This document shows positions 9,511-18,900 of a DNA stretch of 39,390 nucleotides, in pieces. A program made the position numbers and the translations under genes. The first letter of the stretch is position 1. The number at the start of each line of letters is the position of its first letter. Under the pieces are notes generated by a model. The model did no database searches, was not told the origin of the DNA, and worked only from the letters and a program-made list of their open reading frames with translations. The stretch is from a virus (Duplodnaviria; Caudoviricetes): the IMG/VR virus record IMGVR_UViG_3300014208_000077, positions 1-39,390 of that record; one strand, written 5' to 3'.

Positions 9511-10706
9511 ATCCTGGGTGCTGGCTTGAACCTAGGATTCCGGGAAACCTTAGGGTCTTGACCCTTGTTCAAAGGTACCCGCTGCTGAGGGTTGGCTCCT
9601 CCTCGACGTTCCACCAGATCCTCAGTTGGCATTCTGAAGGTGTCAACGCCATCAGCGGTCTTTCCAGCGTATACAGCTCCTCTGGCTGTAGAAGCAGTCT
9701 CAAGCTCGTCCTCCGTTTCCTGAGCGTCCAGGTGCGGCGGGCGACGCGCCAAAGCTGCATTGATCACGGACACAGGAGCAGCCTGCTGTTGCTGCTGCCT
9801 TCGAGCAAGAACCCGGCGTGTTTCTGCCGCAATGGCAGCAGCCATGCTTTCCTGATCTCCTGGGTCTACAAAGGAGTCCTCAAATTCAGGGTTAACCCGA
9901 GTGGGTGCCGGCTCCGGAGCCGGCGCAGGAGCCACCTCCGCTGTAGCCTCCCTGGTGACTCTCGGAGCGGGTGCTGTAACAGGGGGTGCTCCTTGCTGAG
10001 GAACAATTGACTGACGCCGACCAGAAACAGGAGCTTCCTGTGTACGTTTGCTCACAGGCAGGATCTGATCCGGTGGCTCATCTGACTCGGTACCGTCAGG
10101 AGCCTTCACCTGTTGATCCATTTTCTCGATGGTGCGAGCCGTTTTCGCTAGCTGAGTGGACAGATCCACTCCTGCATGGTCCCGCTCCTCGATGAGAGCA
10201 GCCTTGCGCTCTTCCAGCTTTGCGATGTCTTTGGTCAGGCGGTTGATCTCAGAGTCACGATCAGTGGGATCAAAAAGGATGGCCTGGCGGGCACGATCCT
10301 CAATGCGGCTCACCAAGTCGATGTACTTGCGGAACACCCCCGTTCGAACAGAACCCGTCCATTTCCCAACGATCTGACGCATGGCATCGACCTTGGGAAT
10401 CCTAACGAATTTGCCGTTGTCCAGTTTCTCAGCCGTCTCAAGTGTGGTCACATCCCGCAGGTCTTGACCTCCGATCTCGACAATGGCATATGCCAGGACA
10501 GACTTCTTGAAGCGTTCGATGTAGTCTAGAGGGCTGCTCTCTTCCCCCAAAGACTGGGAGGCGTAGTTCTGCACTTCCGCCTCTTCCTCAGGCAGAAGGG
10601 CATGCACAGTGATGCTGGTAGAACCAACTGAAAAAGTGGACTCGCCCTGACCTAGCTCCTCAATAGGAGCAACAGCATTTTCCAGAGCCTCAAGTGTGAT
10701 CTGCAT
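9507..10706 (-). CDS. Putative tail assembly chaperone with long low-complexity C-terminal extension
   Basis: ATG at 10706 has SD GAGGA. ITVHALLPEEEAEV...KKSVLAYAIVEIGGQDL is typical of myophage tail chaperones. First gene after the tail tube. Confidence 0.6.
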   Translation of the reverse strand: MQITLEALENAVAPIEELGQGESTFSVGSTSITVHALLPEEEAEVQNYASQSLGEESSPLDYIERFKKSVLAYAIVEIGGQDLRDVTTLETAEKLDNGKFVRIPKVDAMRQIVGKWTGSVRTGVFRKYIDLVSRIEDRARQAILFDPTDRDSEINRLTKDIAKLEERKAALIEERDHAGVDLSTQLAKTARTIEKMDQQVKAPDGTESDEPPDQILPVSKRTQEAPVSGRRQSIVPQQGAPPVTAPAPRVTREATAEVAPAPAPEPAPTRVNPEFEDSFVDPGDQESMAAAIAAETRRVLARRQQQQQAAPVSVINAALARRPPHLDAQETEDELETASTARGAVYAGKTADGVDTFRMPTEDLVERRGGANPQQRVPLNKGQDPKVSRNPRFKPAPRM

Positions 10707-10721
10707 GTTTCCTCGTTGCAC

Positions 10722-10930
10722 CCATCCCCTGCCCGGCAGGGAGGAGTGTCAAGGAAACAGCTGGGCAGCCTTGAACAGCTCAAGATGGATTGTTAACAGT
10801 TGTCTAAGTTTTCCCGTTGACCCATTCCCTACCACAAAATAGGGAAGGCAAAGAGTACAAGCTGCTGTTCCCATCCGTCTTAGAAGTCTGTCTTTAGGCC
10901 ACCGGGCTGTTCCCAGGGTTTCGAACTAGA
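10722..10930 (-). other. Structured ~200-nt intergenic/leader region between tail tube and chaperone
   Basis: Two copies of TGGGAACAGC and two downstream complements (GCTGTTC, GCTGTTTCC). Hairpins TTCCCTA-N8-TAGGGAA and CCCTGC-CGG-GCAGGG. No credible ORF. Confidence 0.45.
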
Positions 10931-11761
10931 TCAGGTCGTTGCCTGAGCGAACACGGACAACTGTGAACCACCGCCCACCCCGGAACCTGCCGGGTTGATA
11001 CCGAAGCCCTGCTCCGCAAACCGGATGGAACCCAGCTGACCGATGGTGGGATCGTTACCAGTTGCCAGGAATTCACCGTACACACTGGAGAAATCGTGAA
11101 CGTCGCTGATCGTGACGTCCCCGGTCTCCATAATCATCCCGGCATCCTTGGCAAAAGAGGCAGACCAGCTGGTAAACCAACAAGCCTCGTAGATCGTAAT
11201 GATTGCACTGTGCCCTCGCAGACTGGTGTCATACGGGGGACGTGCACCCCCGGAGGTGACTTCCGGGAAATTGATCTGCTTGAGTCCACCCTGGAATGTA
11301 CCGGACTGCCCGCTGACCCCCTGATTGGGAGCCCCGAGATCCTTGTCCGCCAGGGTAGAGAACACCAACTGCTGCTCGATGTCGAAAGGCCAGCGGTGAT
11401 GTGCCAGAGAGCGCACGGGCCCGTCCACACCACCAGCGTAACCAGTCGACTGCCACAGGTTGCACAGGTAGAGCAGTGCCCGCTCGAATGAAGCCGTAGG
11501 CGGGTCAGTGACGGACGGAACCAGCTCCGCCACCTGATCCCCAAAGCCCACACCACGGACGGGCTCCACCGTACGAGACATCTGCGGACTGAAGGTGCTC
11601 AAGACCCCCATCTGGTGCAGTGCCTGGGTGTCTCCATAGTGCGGGGTCAGAATCCGCACTTTCTGACTGACCGCTGTACGAGTGTTTGGGGTGGTCCCGA
11701 AATCGTACAGGTACGAGGTACCACCTACGCCCGAGGTCGGTCTGTTATCCAAGTTCGGCAT
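10931..11761 (-). CDS. Tail tube protein
   Basis: ATG at 11761 (MPNLDNRP), SD GGAG. Motifs SRTVEPVRGVGFG..AELVPS...SFERALLY, RSL....WPFDI and TIYEACWFTSWSASF...MIMETG.V fit contractile-tail tube proteins. Confidence 0.85.
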   Translation of the reverse strand: MPNLDNRPTSGVGGTSYLYDFGTTPNTRTAVSQKVRILTPHYGDTQALHQMGVLSTFSPQMSRTVEPVRGVGFGDQVAELVPSVTDPPTASFERALLYLCNLWQSTGYAGGVDGPVRSLAHHRWPFDIEQQLVFSTLADKDLGAPNQGVSGQSGTFQGGLKQINFPEVTSGGARPPYDTSLRGHSAIITIYEACWFTSWSASFAKDAGMIMETGDVTISDVHDFSSVYGEFLATGNDPTIGQLGSIRFAEQGFGINPAGSGVGGGSQLSVFAQATT

Positions 11762-11817
11762 TCTTTCTGCTCCCCGCACGATAGGAAATGGCGACCACGC
11801 CTTCTAAAGACGGGGTC

Positions 11818-11833
11818 GTATAGCCAGGCTAGT
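11818..11833 (-). promoter_or_regulatory. Putative phage late promoter (TAR-N6-TATA) for the tail tube operon
   Basis: ACTAG-CCTGGC-TATAC. Same spacing at 4 other sites. Confidence 0.6.
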
Positions 11834-11865
11834 GAGGGAGAAAAAGAAGGAGGGAGGACTAGGTC

Positions 11866-14496
11866 TTAGATGGAAGCTTCCGTCAACATCAAGTTGATGG
11901 CATCCGGGATGTACATCCCGGGACGCTTGCACATCGGCAGGTAGGTTGCAGACCAGTTGCCGTTCACCTTGGTGGTGCCACCCTTCAGCGCCTTGGTGAT
12001 CTTCGGCAGATCCTTGAAATCCGCCGGGGCGTGCTTCTCCAGGAACGCCGCCATCTTCTTCAGGTGCGCCCGGTAGATGCTCGTGCCCCCGTCCACGTCA
12101 GCTGCCAGCGCTGCCAGTGCCAGCACCAGGGTCAGGTAGAACCGATGCTCCGACGTATCCCCAGGTGCTCCACCGTCAGCTTCCAGCTTGCCCAGCTCCT
12201 CGATCATCGACTGGATCTTCCCGATCACCTTGATGTCCGAGCAGCTGTAGTTCTGCGCCTTCTTCGGTGTCGCTGCAGCCGCAGCGTTGAAGGCATCCTG
12301 GTTGTCCCGGAGTGCCAGCTTCCTCCGAGCGGGCGGGGCATCCAAGGACTCACAGCACTTGGTCATTCCACCACCCTTGCTCTTGACCGCTTGCTGCCGG
12401 AGCCTGGCGCCACCCCCCCGAATGATCCCCTTCGTGGGCTCCTCACAGCTCTCCAAGCTGTCCGAGTCGCAGTAGTCAACGTCACCCGTAAGGGAAGTGG
12501 TGGAGGAATCCTGGAGCATACAGTACACCCCAGGCGGGGAGTAACCGCCGCCAAGGCTCAGGGTACTGACATTGATACAGGGGCTGTAGAACGCTGCAGC
12601 ACTCACCACACCCGCCTGGTTCAGACTCCACAGTGCCCCCGTAGAACCCACCTGAGTCTGCGGCATATCCGAGGGCATCCCCACCGGAATGATCTGCTGG
12701 TTGACCGGCACGTTGGCGATGTCCCCGATCCGTTTCACTACCGCCGACAGGCTCATCACCCGGCTGGCGAGGCTGTAGGTCATCGAGACTTCCTTGAGCA
12801 TCTTCTCGATGGCGACCTTCTTGGGCCCTTTTCCCGCCTGATCCAGAGCGGACTCAAGATCCTCGACCTGACGCCCTGCCCAGAGGAGTGCCATCAGCCC
12901 GTCAGGAGCCTCCCGGTGCAGAGGCAGCTCGACCTTGGTGTTGCCACCATCCCAGTAGAGGAGGATATTCTTCGGCAACACGCGCCCATTCTGCCCGTTG
13001 TCCGTGATGAGGACAGCGGTACGATCCCACACGGTCTTCACCGTATGCTCCTGAAGTTTCCCGTCAGTCAGCTCAACGACTGCCTTGACGTTCTGCTGGA
13101 GTGGCTGCTTCACGGCATTGAAAAGATCCAGTGCCTGGGTCGCCACGTCCTCCCCGACCCCTACCATCCGCTGCACGCCACCCGTCCGCCGGGACATGGA
13201 CGCCATGAACCGATCCTGAGAGGCATCCCCGATCCCGAGCACATGAACCTTGATCCCCGTGGACGCCATCTGCTCAAGGATGGTGCCGGTCTCCATGACC
13301 TCACCATCCGTGATCAAGAAGATGTCCCCATCACCGGAGCTGGACAGCACCTCCGTTGCTGCCGTCAAGGCTGCGAGCAACTCAGTGCCCCCGCTGGCAT
13401 TGATGCGATCGAGGAACAGCTTTGCCTGCTTGCGATTGGCATCCGTTGCAGGAGCCAGTATTGGAGCAAACACCTCAGGGGTGTAGCTGAAGGAAATCAG
13501 CCCAAACTCATCGGTCGGCTCCAGGGCAGACAGGCAAGCCTGGGTTGCCAGCCGTGCCTGAGCCATGCGATCTCCCTGCATCGAGCCGGAGCGATCCAGG
13601 AGAAACAACACCTTGCGGGCAACCGCAGCTGCCTTGGGCACCTTGCTGGAGGGCACGGAAACCGTCCACGCCGGGGCATCCTTCGGCAGGGTAGCCACTG
13701 GGGTGGTGCCCGCCACGAGGCTGGTGTCGGCATAGATCACCGGGGTGGCTTCCTTGGCATTCACGTCGATGACAAGATCCCGGTTGGGGACATCGTTCCC
13801 GCCTGCCAGGGAGACCTCTGCGGTACCATCCGCATTGGGGCGGATCAGCACCCGGTGCGAAGGGGAGGACACGAAGTCCAGCGCCCCACCTGGGTCAACC
13901 ATGACCTTGAAGGAGACCTGATGCAGCCCACCTTTGGCGGCATTCTTCCACTCAGGCAGAATCAGGTCACCGAACACGGAGGTGGGCAGCTCGACCCGAT
14001 TCGAGGAAGCCACAGCCTGCGAGTGGTAGTTGGGTGCCAGGGTGAAAGGGAACCGGAACCGGAATCCCTGATCCCGTACCTCGACTCCGCAGACGATCTC
14101 GACCGTGACCGTGACCTCCTCGTCCGGGCGGATCTGCCCAATGGAGATGGTGGTCAAGCCGTCGAGGCTGGCTTCACTTAGCACGGAAAGGTGCCCCTGC
14201 TGGACACCCTCCTCGTACTCTTTGCGAGCTTCTGCCCGGGGGGAAAGCTTGGACTCAACTTCGAACCCGTCCCCCTTGACGATGAACCGGCGAACGACGC
14301 CATTGCGTGGCAGCTGACAAGTGTACAGAGCCTCCACGGGAGCCGTGCCCTCTGCCTTGAACTTGTGGATGACCTGGAGCAGCGCACCAGCTGCGGAAGC
14401 CCTACCGACCAGATCCAGGTGCTGCATCGCCATCTTGATGGGCTGGCGGGTTGCTGCATTGTACAGAACATTGCCCATAGACTCGACTGCGTTCAT
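11866..14496 (-). CDS. VIT + vWA domain protein (inter-alpha-trypsin inhibitor heavy chain/VWA5-like)
   Basis: 876 aa. N-terminal VIT (VEALYTCQLPRNGVVRRF...EARKEYEEGVQQGH..VL). vWA MIDAS motif LFLLDRSGSM, ASGGTEL and FLITDGEV, plus VHVLGIGD. Translationally coupled (ATGA) to the MerR gene. Confidence 0.9.
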   Translation of the reverse strand: MNAVESMGNVLYNAATRQPIKMAMQHLDLVGRASAAGALLQVIHKFKAEGTAPVEALYTCQLPRNGVVRRFIVKGDGFEVESKLSPRAEARKEYEEGVQQGHLSVLSEASLDGLTTISIGQIRPDEEVTVTVEIVCGVEVRDQGFRFRFPFTLAPNYHSQAVASSNRVELPTSVFGDLILPEWKNAAKGGLHQVSFKVMVDPGGALDFVSSPSHRVLIRPNADGTAEVSLAGGNDVPNRDLVIDVNAKEATPVIYADTSLVAGTTPVATLPKDAPAWTVSVPSSKVPKAAAVARKVLFLLDRSGSMQGDRMAQARLATQACLSALEPTDEFGLISFSYTPEVFAPILAPATDANRKQAKLFLDRINASGGTELLAALTAATEVLSSSGDGDIFLITDGEVMETGTILEQMASTGIKVHVLGIGDASQDRFMASMSRRTGGVQRMVGVGEDVATQALDLFNAVKQPLQQNVKAVVELTDGKLQEHTVKTVWDRTAVLITDNGQNGRVLPKNILLYWDGGNTKVELPLHREAPDGLMALLWAGRQVEDLESALDQAGKGPKKVAIEKMLKEVSMTYSLASRVMSLSAVVKRIGDIANVPVNQQIIPVGMPSDMPQTQVGSTGALWSLNQAGVVSAAAFYSPCINVSTLSLGGGYSPPGVYCMLQDSSTTSLTGDVDYCDSDSLESCEEPTKGIIRGGGARLRQQAVKSKGGGMTKCCESLDAPPARRKLALRDNQDAFNAAAAATPKKAQNYSCSDIKVIGKIQSMIEELGKLEADGGAPGDTSEHRFYLTLVLALAALAADVDGGTSIYRAHLKKMAAFLEKHAPADFKDLPKITKALKGGTTKVNGNWSATYLPMCKRPGMYIPDAINLMLTEASI

Positions 14497-14873
14497 GACT
14501 TGTGCTCCTCGGAGTTCAGAGTTTGTGCCAGAATCCGCATGGCAGCCTCAACCAACGCCTGGTGCCGACTGAAGTAGTCAACATCCACAGACACCACCAC
14601 GCCATGCCGAATCGGAATTTGAATGACGACGGAACCCAGAACCCTCAACTTCTCATTGCCCAGATGGGCTTTGATCTCTGCCAGGGATGCTCCCCGCTCC
14701 TGATGCGTCTTGATGAAGCGAAGACGCTCCAGGTGCTCCTCCGTGTAATGGGCATTGCACCCCTGGGACACGGGATTCTGGAGAACACCCTGGGCAATGT
14801 AGTAGCGAATCGTCCGCCCAGTGATGCCAGCCGCTTCAGCTAGCTCCGTGAGCGTGTACTTTTTTCCGGGCAT
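14493..14873 (-). CDS. MerR-family HTH transcriptional regulator
   Basis: YTLTELAEAAGITGRTIRYYIAQGVL..P...G.NAHYTEEHLERLRFIKTHQERGASLAEIK. SD AGGAGG. Confidence 0.9.
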   Translation of the reverse strand: MPGKKYTLTELAEAAGITGRTIRYYIAQGVLQNPVSQGCNAHYTEEHLERLRFIKTHQERGASLAEIKAHLGNEKLRVLGSVVIQIPIRHGVVVSVDVDYFSRHQALVEAAMRILAQTLNSEEHKS

Positions 14874-14893
14874 TGCCCACCTCCTATGGATGA

Positions 14894-14921
14894 ACTATAC
14901 CCAGGAATTTGCCACTGTCAA
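14894..14921 (-). promoter_or_regulatory. Sigma70-type promoter of the MerR/VIT-vWA unit
   Basis: TTGACA-N16-TATAGT, ending about 20 nt upstream of the MerR start codon. Confidence 0.75.
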
Positions 14922-14943
14922 GTTGTGTCTAGAGTACTTACTT

Positions 14944-15885
14944 TTAGAACTTAGAAGAGTCCATGGGGGTCAGATCATTGGCAATGGAGGCACGAGTCTG
15001 GGACACAAGGTTCTCAGCCAGCGTGATCAGCACGTCTTCGATCTCGGCACCCAGGATGTCCGCCACTGCCTCCAGCCGATGGTACAACTCATCGGGAACG
15101 TTCAGCACCACAGTCGTGCAACCGATCGGATTTGTGTAGAGATCCGACCCATCAAGGTTGGCATCCTCTTCTTCCTTGTCTGGCTCCAGGACAGCGTCCA
15201 CGTCAGGGAACTCCACCTTGGGGGTTTCCTTCTCCGTGACCTTGGCTACCACCGCTGCCACGACATCATCAACCTCGGAATCCTGATGCCAGTCCTGAGT
15301 AATAGGAGCCACCACCGGAGGAGTGCTCGAAGTGGGAGTCATCTGGAAAGAGACACCAGCCATGATCCCTGGTGCCCTGAACTGATCGATGAGACGCCCA
15401 CCGACTCCCTTGGGAGCCGAGCCACGCTCGACCTTGTTTAGGACAAGCAACTCCCGGCAAGTCTTACGGATCTGGCTTTCCGAGATCCCCGTCCGGGACA
15501 CCAACTCCGAAACCGTGAGCCAATCTTTGTGGGCATCAAGAACAGCCTGAATGACATCCCTCGTGTAGTAGCCCTCCCTGAAGTCGGTTCCCCAAACGTG
15601 GGGGAGCTTGAGCAAACTCTTGGCAATGGTTTCGCCCCGTTCCGTCACCGTGTACGTCGGGGTAGCAGACCCGAGCACCTTGAAAGCCAGCTCACAATCG
15701 AGCAAGCGCTCCAATCCAGACTCGATGAAATGAAGAGGCTTCGTATTGGTGTGCTGGATCAGCTTCGTGCGGACTTCACCCGAGGTGGGTTTGTCCAGAA
15801 GAGGAGATCCGTTCTGCTGCGCCTCCATCAGGGCTGCAAGGATCTGAAACACCCAGCCATCGATTCGAGTCTTACCATCCGACAT
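14944..15885 (-). CDS. Multi-domain DNA-binding protein (two winged HTH + C-terminal ribbon-helix-helix)
   Basis: PadR-like wHTH ending YTVTERGETIA. ArsR-like LTVSELVSRTGISESQIRKTCRELL..NKVER. Acidic linker, then RHH-like VVLNVPDELYHRLEAVADILGAEIEDVL. Confidence 0.65.
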   Translation of the reverse strand: MSDGKTRIDGWVFQILAALMEAQQNGSPLLDKPTSGEVRTKLIQHTNTKPLHFIESGLERLLDCELAFKVLGSATPTYTVTERGETIAKSLLKLPHVWGTDFREGYYTRDVIQAVLDAHKDWLTVSELVSRTGISESQIRKTCRELLVLNKVERGSAPKGVGGRLIDQFRAPGIMAGVSFQMTPTSSTPPVVAPITQDWHQDSEVDDVVAAVVAKVTEKETPKVEFPDVDAVLEPDKEEEDANLDGSDLYTNPIGCTTVVLNVPDELYHRLEAVADILGAEIEDVLITLAENLVSQTRASIANDLTPMDSSKF

Positions 15886-15950
15886 TGTAGCACCTCAAGC
15901 GTTGTTGCCTGAAGTTGTTACTCGGATGCGGGGGAAAGTATGGCGGGTTA

Positions 15951-15989
15951 ATCGCTAGGCAGGGCTGTACCCCAGCCCTGCCTAGCGAT
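15951..15989. terminator. Perfect 17-bp inverted repeat immediately after the sheath gene (terminator, mRNA stabiliser or processing stem)
   Basis: ATCGCTAGGCAGGGCTG-TACCC-CAGCCCTGCCTAGCGAT. No clear U-tract follows on the minus strand. Confidence 0.6.
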
Positions 15990-15994
15990 CAAAA

Positions 15995-18900
15995 TTAGAT
16001 CGAAGACCGAAGGTGGAAAGTGACCACCAAGTAGAGGAGCGGGAATACCGGGCTGTAGAAAGCCTCAACCTCAGCGACCGTGGGGTCATCAGCCGAGGGG
16101 TTCGCCTTGACCCCGGTGTAAGCCGTGATGATCTGGGCTGCCACCATTGCCTTCAGCATCATGCTGAGGCGACCCTCAATCTGGCTGAGCACGCCTGGCA
16201 GGAACTTGATCCCGACAAACTGCTCCAGCACCGACCGTGCCTGCCGCTGAACCTCATCAGCAATCTGCACGATCGTCGGGGTCTTGGTCAGGATGTTGGT
16301 CATGTCAGTCGTCAGACCATGCCGCACCCTGAGGTAGGGCGGGCGATCCTCCAGGATCGTCACACCCTTGACGGCAATCTGGTTCTGCTCGACCGCGTCC
16401 AGCTGCCGTGCCAGCCCGGAAGTACCAACCAGGCGTCGACCCGTCCACGGGGTGGCAACGTCCACGTTGGAGGAAACCACCGAGCCAGCCAGCATCGTGG
16501 CGAGGTAGCACCCATCGATCAGGTACTGCTTCGAGTTCCCCAGGTTGTCCTGGATATCGATCAGTGCCATGTCCGGGTACACCAACCGCATCCGGGGGCT
16601 GAACAGGTTCTGCGCCAGGTTCTGAGCATCCCGGGGCAGTGACCCAGCCGCCATCCCGATGATCGAGGTGCGCTCAGACTTGTACCGGATCGAGGACATC
16701 TTCTCGTTGCTCTTCTTGAGCACCTGGAAGAGTTCCGTCGAGTCACCCCGCATCAGCAGTACCATGTCCGGGGAAATGAAGCCCGGCAGCACACCCTCCA
16801 TCTCCGAGATTGCATTCCGGTAGGAGGTCAGACTTGCCTGGGAGGAGTTCGCCTCCTTTTGAACCTGCTTGATCCCTACCAGCACAGCCCCGTTCAACAT
16901 AGCCAGGTAGGTCGCCAGAGATACAGGATTGTCCGGGGTGGCGGGCCCGAAGTCCCGCTCCACTGCCTGCATCTTGGTGTAGAAAGTGGTGGTGAAGTCC
17001 ACCTTCGTGTAAGCGTAGGTGGTGTAGTAGAGATCCCCCACCTTTGGCTCACTGCCACTCCGGGCGTAGGTGGTAACGATCGCCGTATCCCCCACACCCA
17101 CCCCGGCTGTGTTGGACACAACCAGCTCAACCCCATTGACGGCAAGGATCGGCAGGTTGGCGTTCGTGAGGAACGTCTTGCTCACGTTGAACCGGAAAGT
17201 CCCACCTGTCGGATAAGCCAGCCAGGGCCCAGTCTGATTGGTAGACCAGTTGCGGGGCAGGATTGTGAAGGTCAGCCCGGTAACTTCATCCCGGTAGGTC
17301 TGACCGACGATACCATCCTGTCCAACCCCGTTGTTGAGCACCGAGGTATTCGCAGTTCCCGACCCTGTAGGCACGTTGGAGATGACGAAGTAGCCACTCA
17401 GGGCTGCCTCACCCACCGCACCGTCCCCGTCCACTGCGGTCAGCCCTGTACCATAACGCAACGCATCCGAAACACCACCCGTGGTGTTCTTCATCGTCAC
17501 GTTGGAGGCTGCACCCAGGTTTGCTACCGCTCGGGGTGCATCCTGGATGTACAGGAACTCAGCCCCAGTGGCATCAGGCTCCACCGTTGCAAACCCGTAG
17601 GTTGTGAACGAGGTCGCTGCCTCAGTCGCCGGAGCCAGCAGCCATGTTGCAAAGGTCGCATGCCGATGCGCCATGAGCGCCGACACGAGGTTTCGGGTCG
17701 GCACGGTAACCCGCAGTGCCGTCTGTCCGTCCTGGAACCCGAGGACGGCGTTAGCCAGCCCTGCTCCAATCACCACATGCGAGGTGGTGTCCGAAACAGC
17801 ACTGGTGATCCGGAAGGCTGCCCCTTCACGCCGAATCAAATTGGCGTTGATGATTGCAGCAGCGTTGCCCCAAGGAGCCCCGGGCACTGCAGCCATCGTG
17901 GCAATGATCTGACCCATCACAGAAGCCACATCCGTGACTGGGCCAATCGAGGTAGCCGTTCCAGCCGGGGTGCTAGTGAAAGTCACATTGACCGGATAGC
18001 CATCCAGATCAAAGTTGAAAGTGTCATTCTCTGCCTGGAGAGCAGTCCCATCATAGAAAAGGACTACAGGCTCACCGCCGCCGGCTGCAGCCTGTCCACC
18101 GGCGTACCCGATGTTCCCTACCATCGATGCCGGGTGAACGACCGCAGCAGAACCTGCCAAGCCGTACTGCCCCGCCACCAAACCAGCTTTATCGTTGTCA
18201 GACTTCACTTCCAGCGCCGTGAGGCTGGTCACAAAGTCTGCTGCCATGCTGCCGCCACCACCAGGAAGGACTCGGTTCCGCAGGATCAGCCGGTCATTGA
18301 GCTGCTTGGCACCACCAGCCGAAGGAGTGGGGCACTTGTAAGTGCGTGCCACCAGACCTTGAACCAGCGCTGCCTGCCCGCGCCCGACTGCAGAACCCGT
18401 GTCGATCCCTGCCGCAATGGCAAAGTCTCGTGCTGGGGTGCCATCCACAATGAACTGGAGGAACCCGGCGTTATCCAGCCCTGGCAGCTGGAGCCGGAAT
18501 TCAAGCTGTCCATCAGCATTGGCGGCACATTCAATCACCAGCCCTGCGAAGGCTGCCCCTGCACCTGCCACCGCTGTTGCGATGCGGGTCTGCACTTCGG
18601 TTGCCAGAGCCGCTGCTGTGGCATAAGTCGTCGGTGCCCCCACCAGGGATGCCACCAAGGTAGCTGTGGCACCAGTGACCGAACCCTGGTAGACGAAGTT
18701 CAAGCGGTCAAGCAATGCCCCAGCCGTAACGGTGAAGGGCCCGTCGAACTTGGTAGCCCCTGCCAGCGCTGCCCGAGCTGCCGGGTTGTAGACGTAAAAT
18801 GGATCCGTGATGTAGCTGAACAGCAAAGTCGTCGGCGTGGCGTGCAGCACCCCTTCCTGATCCGTGAAGGTGTAGTGTGCTGGAACTGCCGTTGCCAGCG

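Noticed and set aside
9507-9600. Programmed -1 frameshift between the two chaperone genes (lambda G/GT style)
   Set aside because: The frames are in the -1 relation, but no in-frame X XXY YYZ heptamer was seen near the end of the first gene. GTGA coupling explains the layout.
12031-14181. 716-aa + strand ORF
   Set aside because: Antisense shadow of the GC3-rich VIT-vWA gene, with no protein-like motifs.
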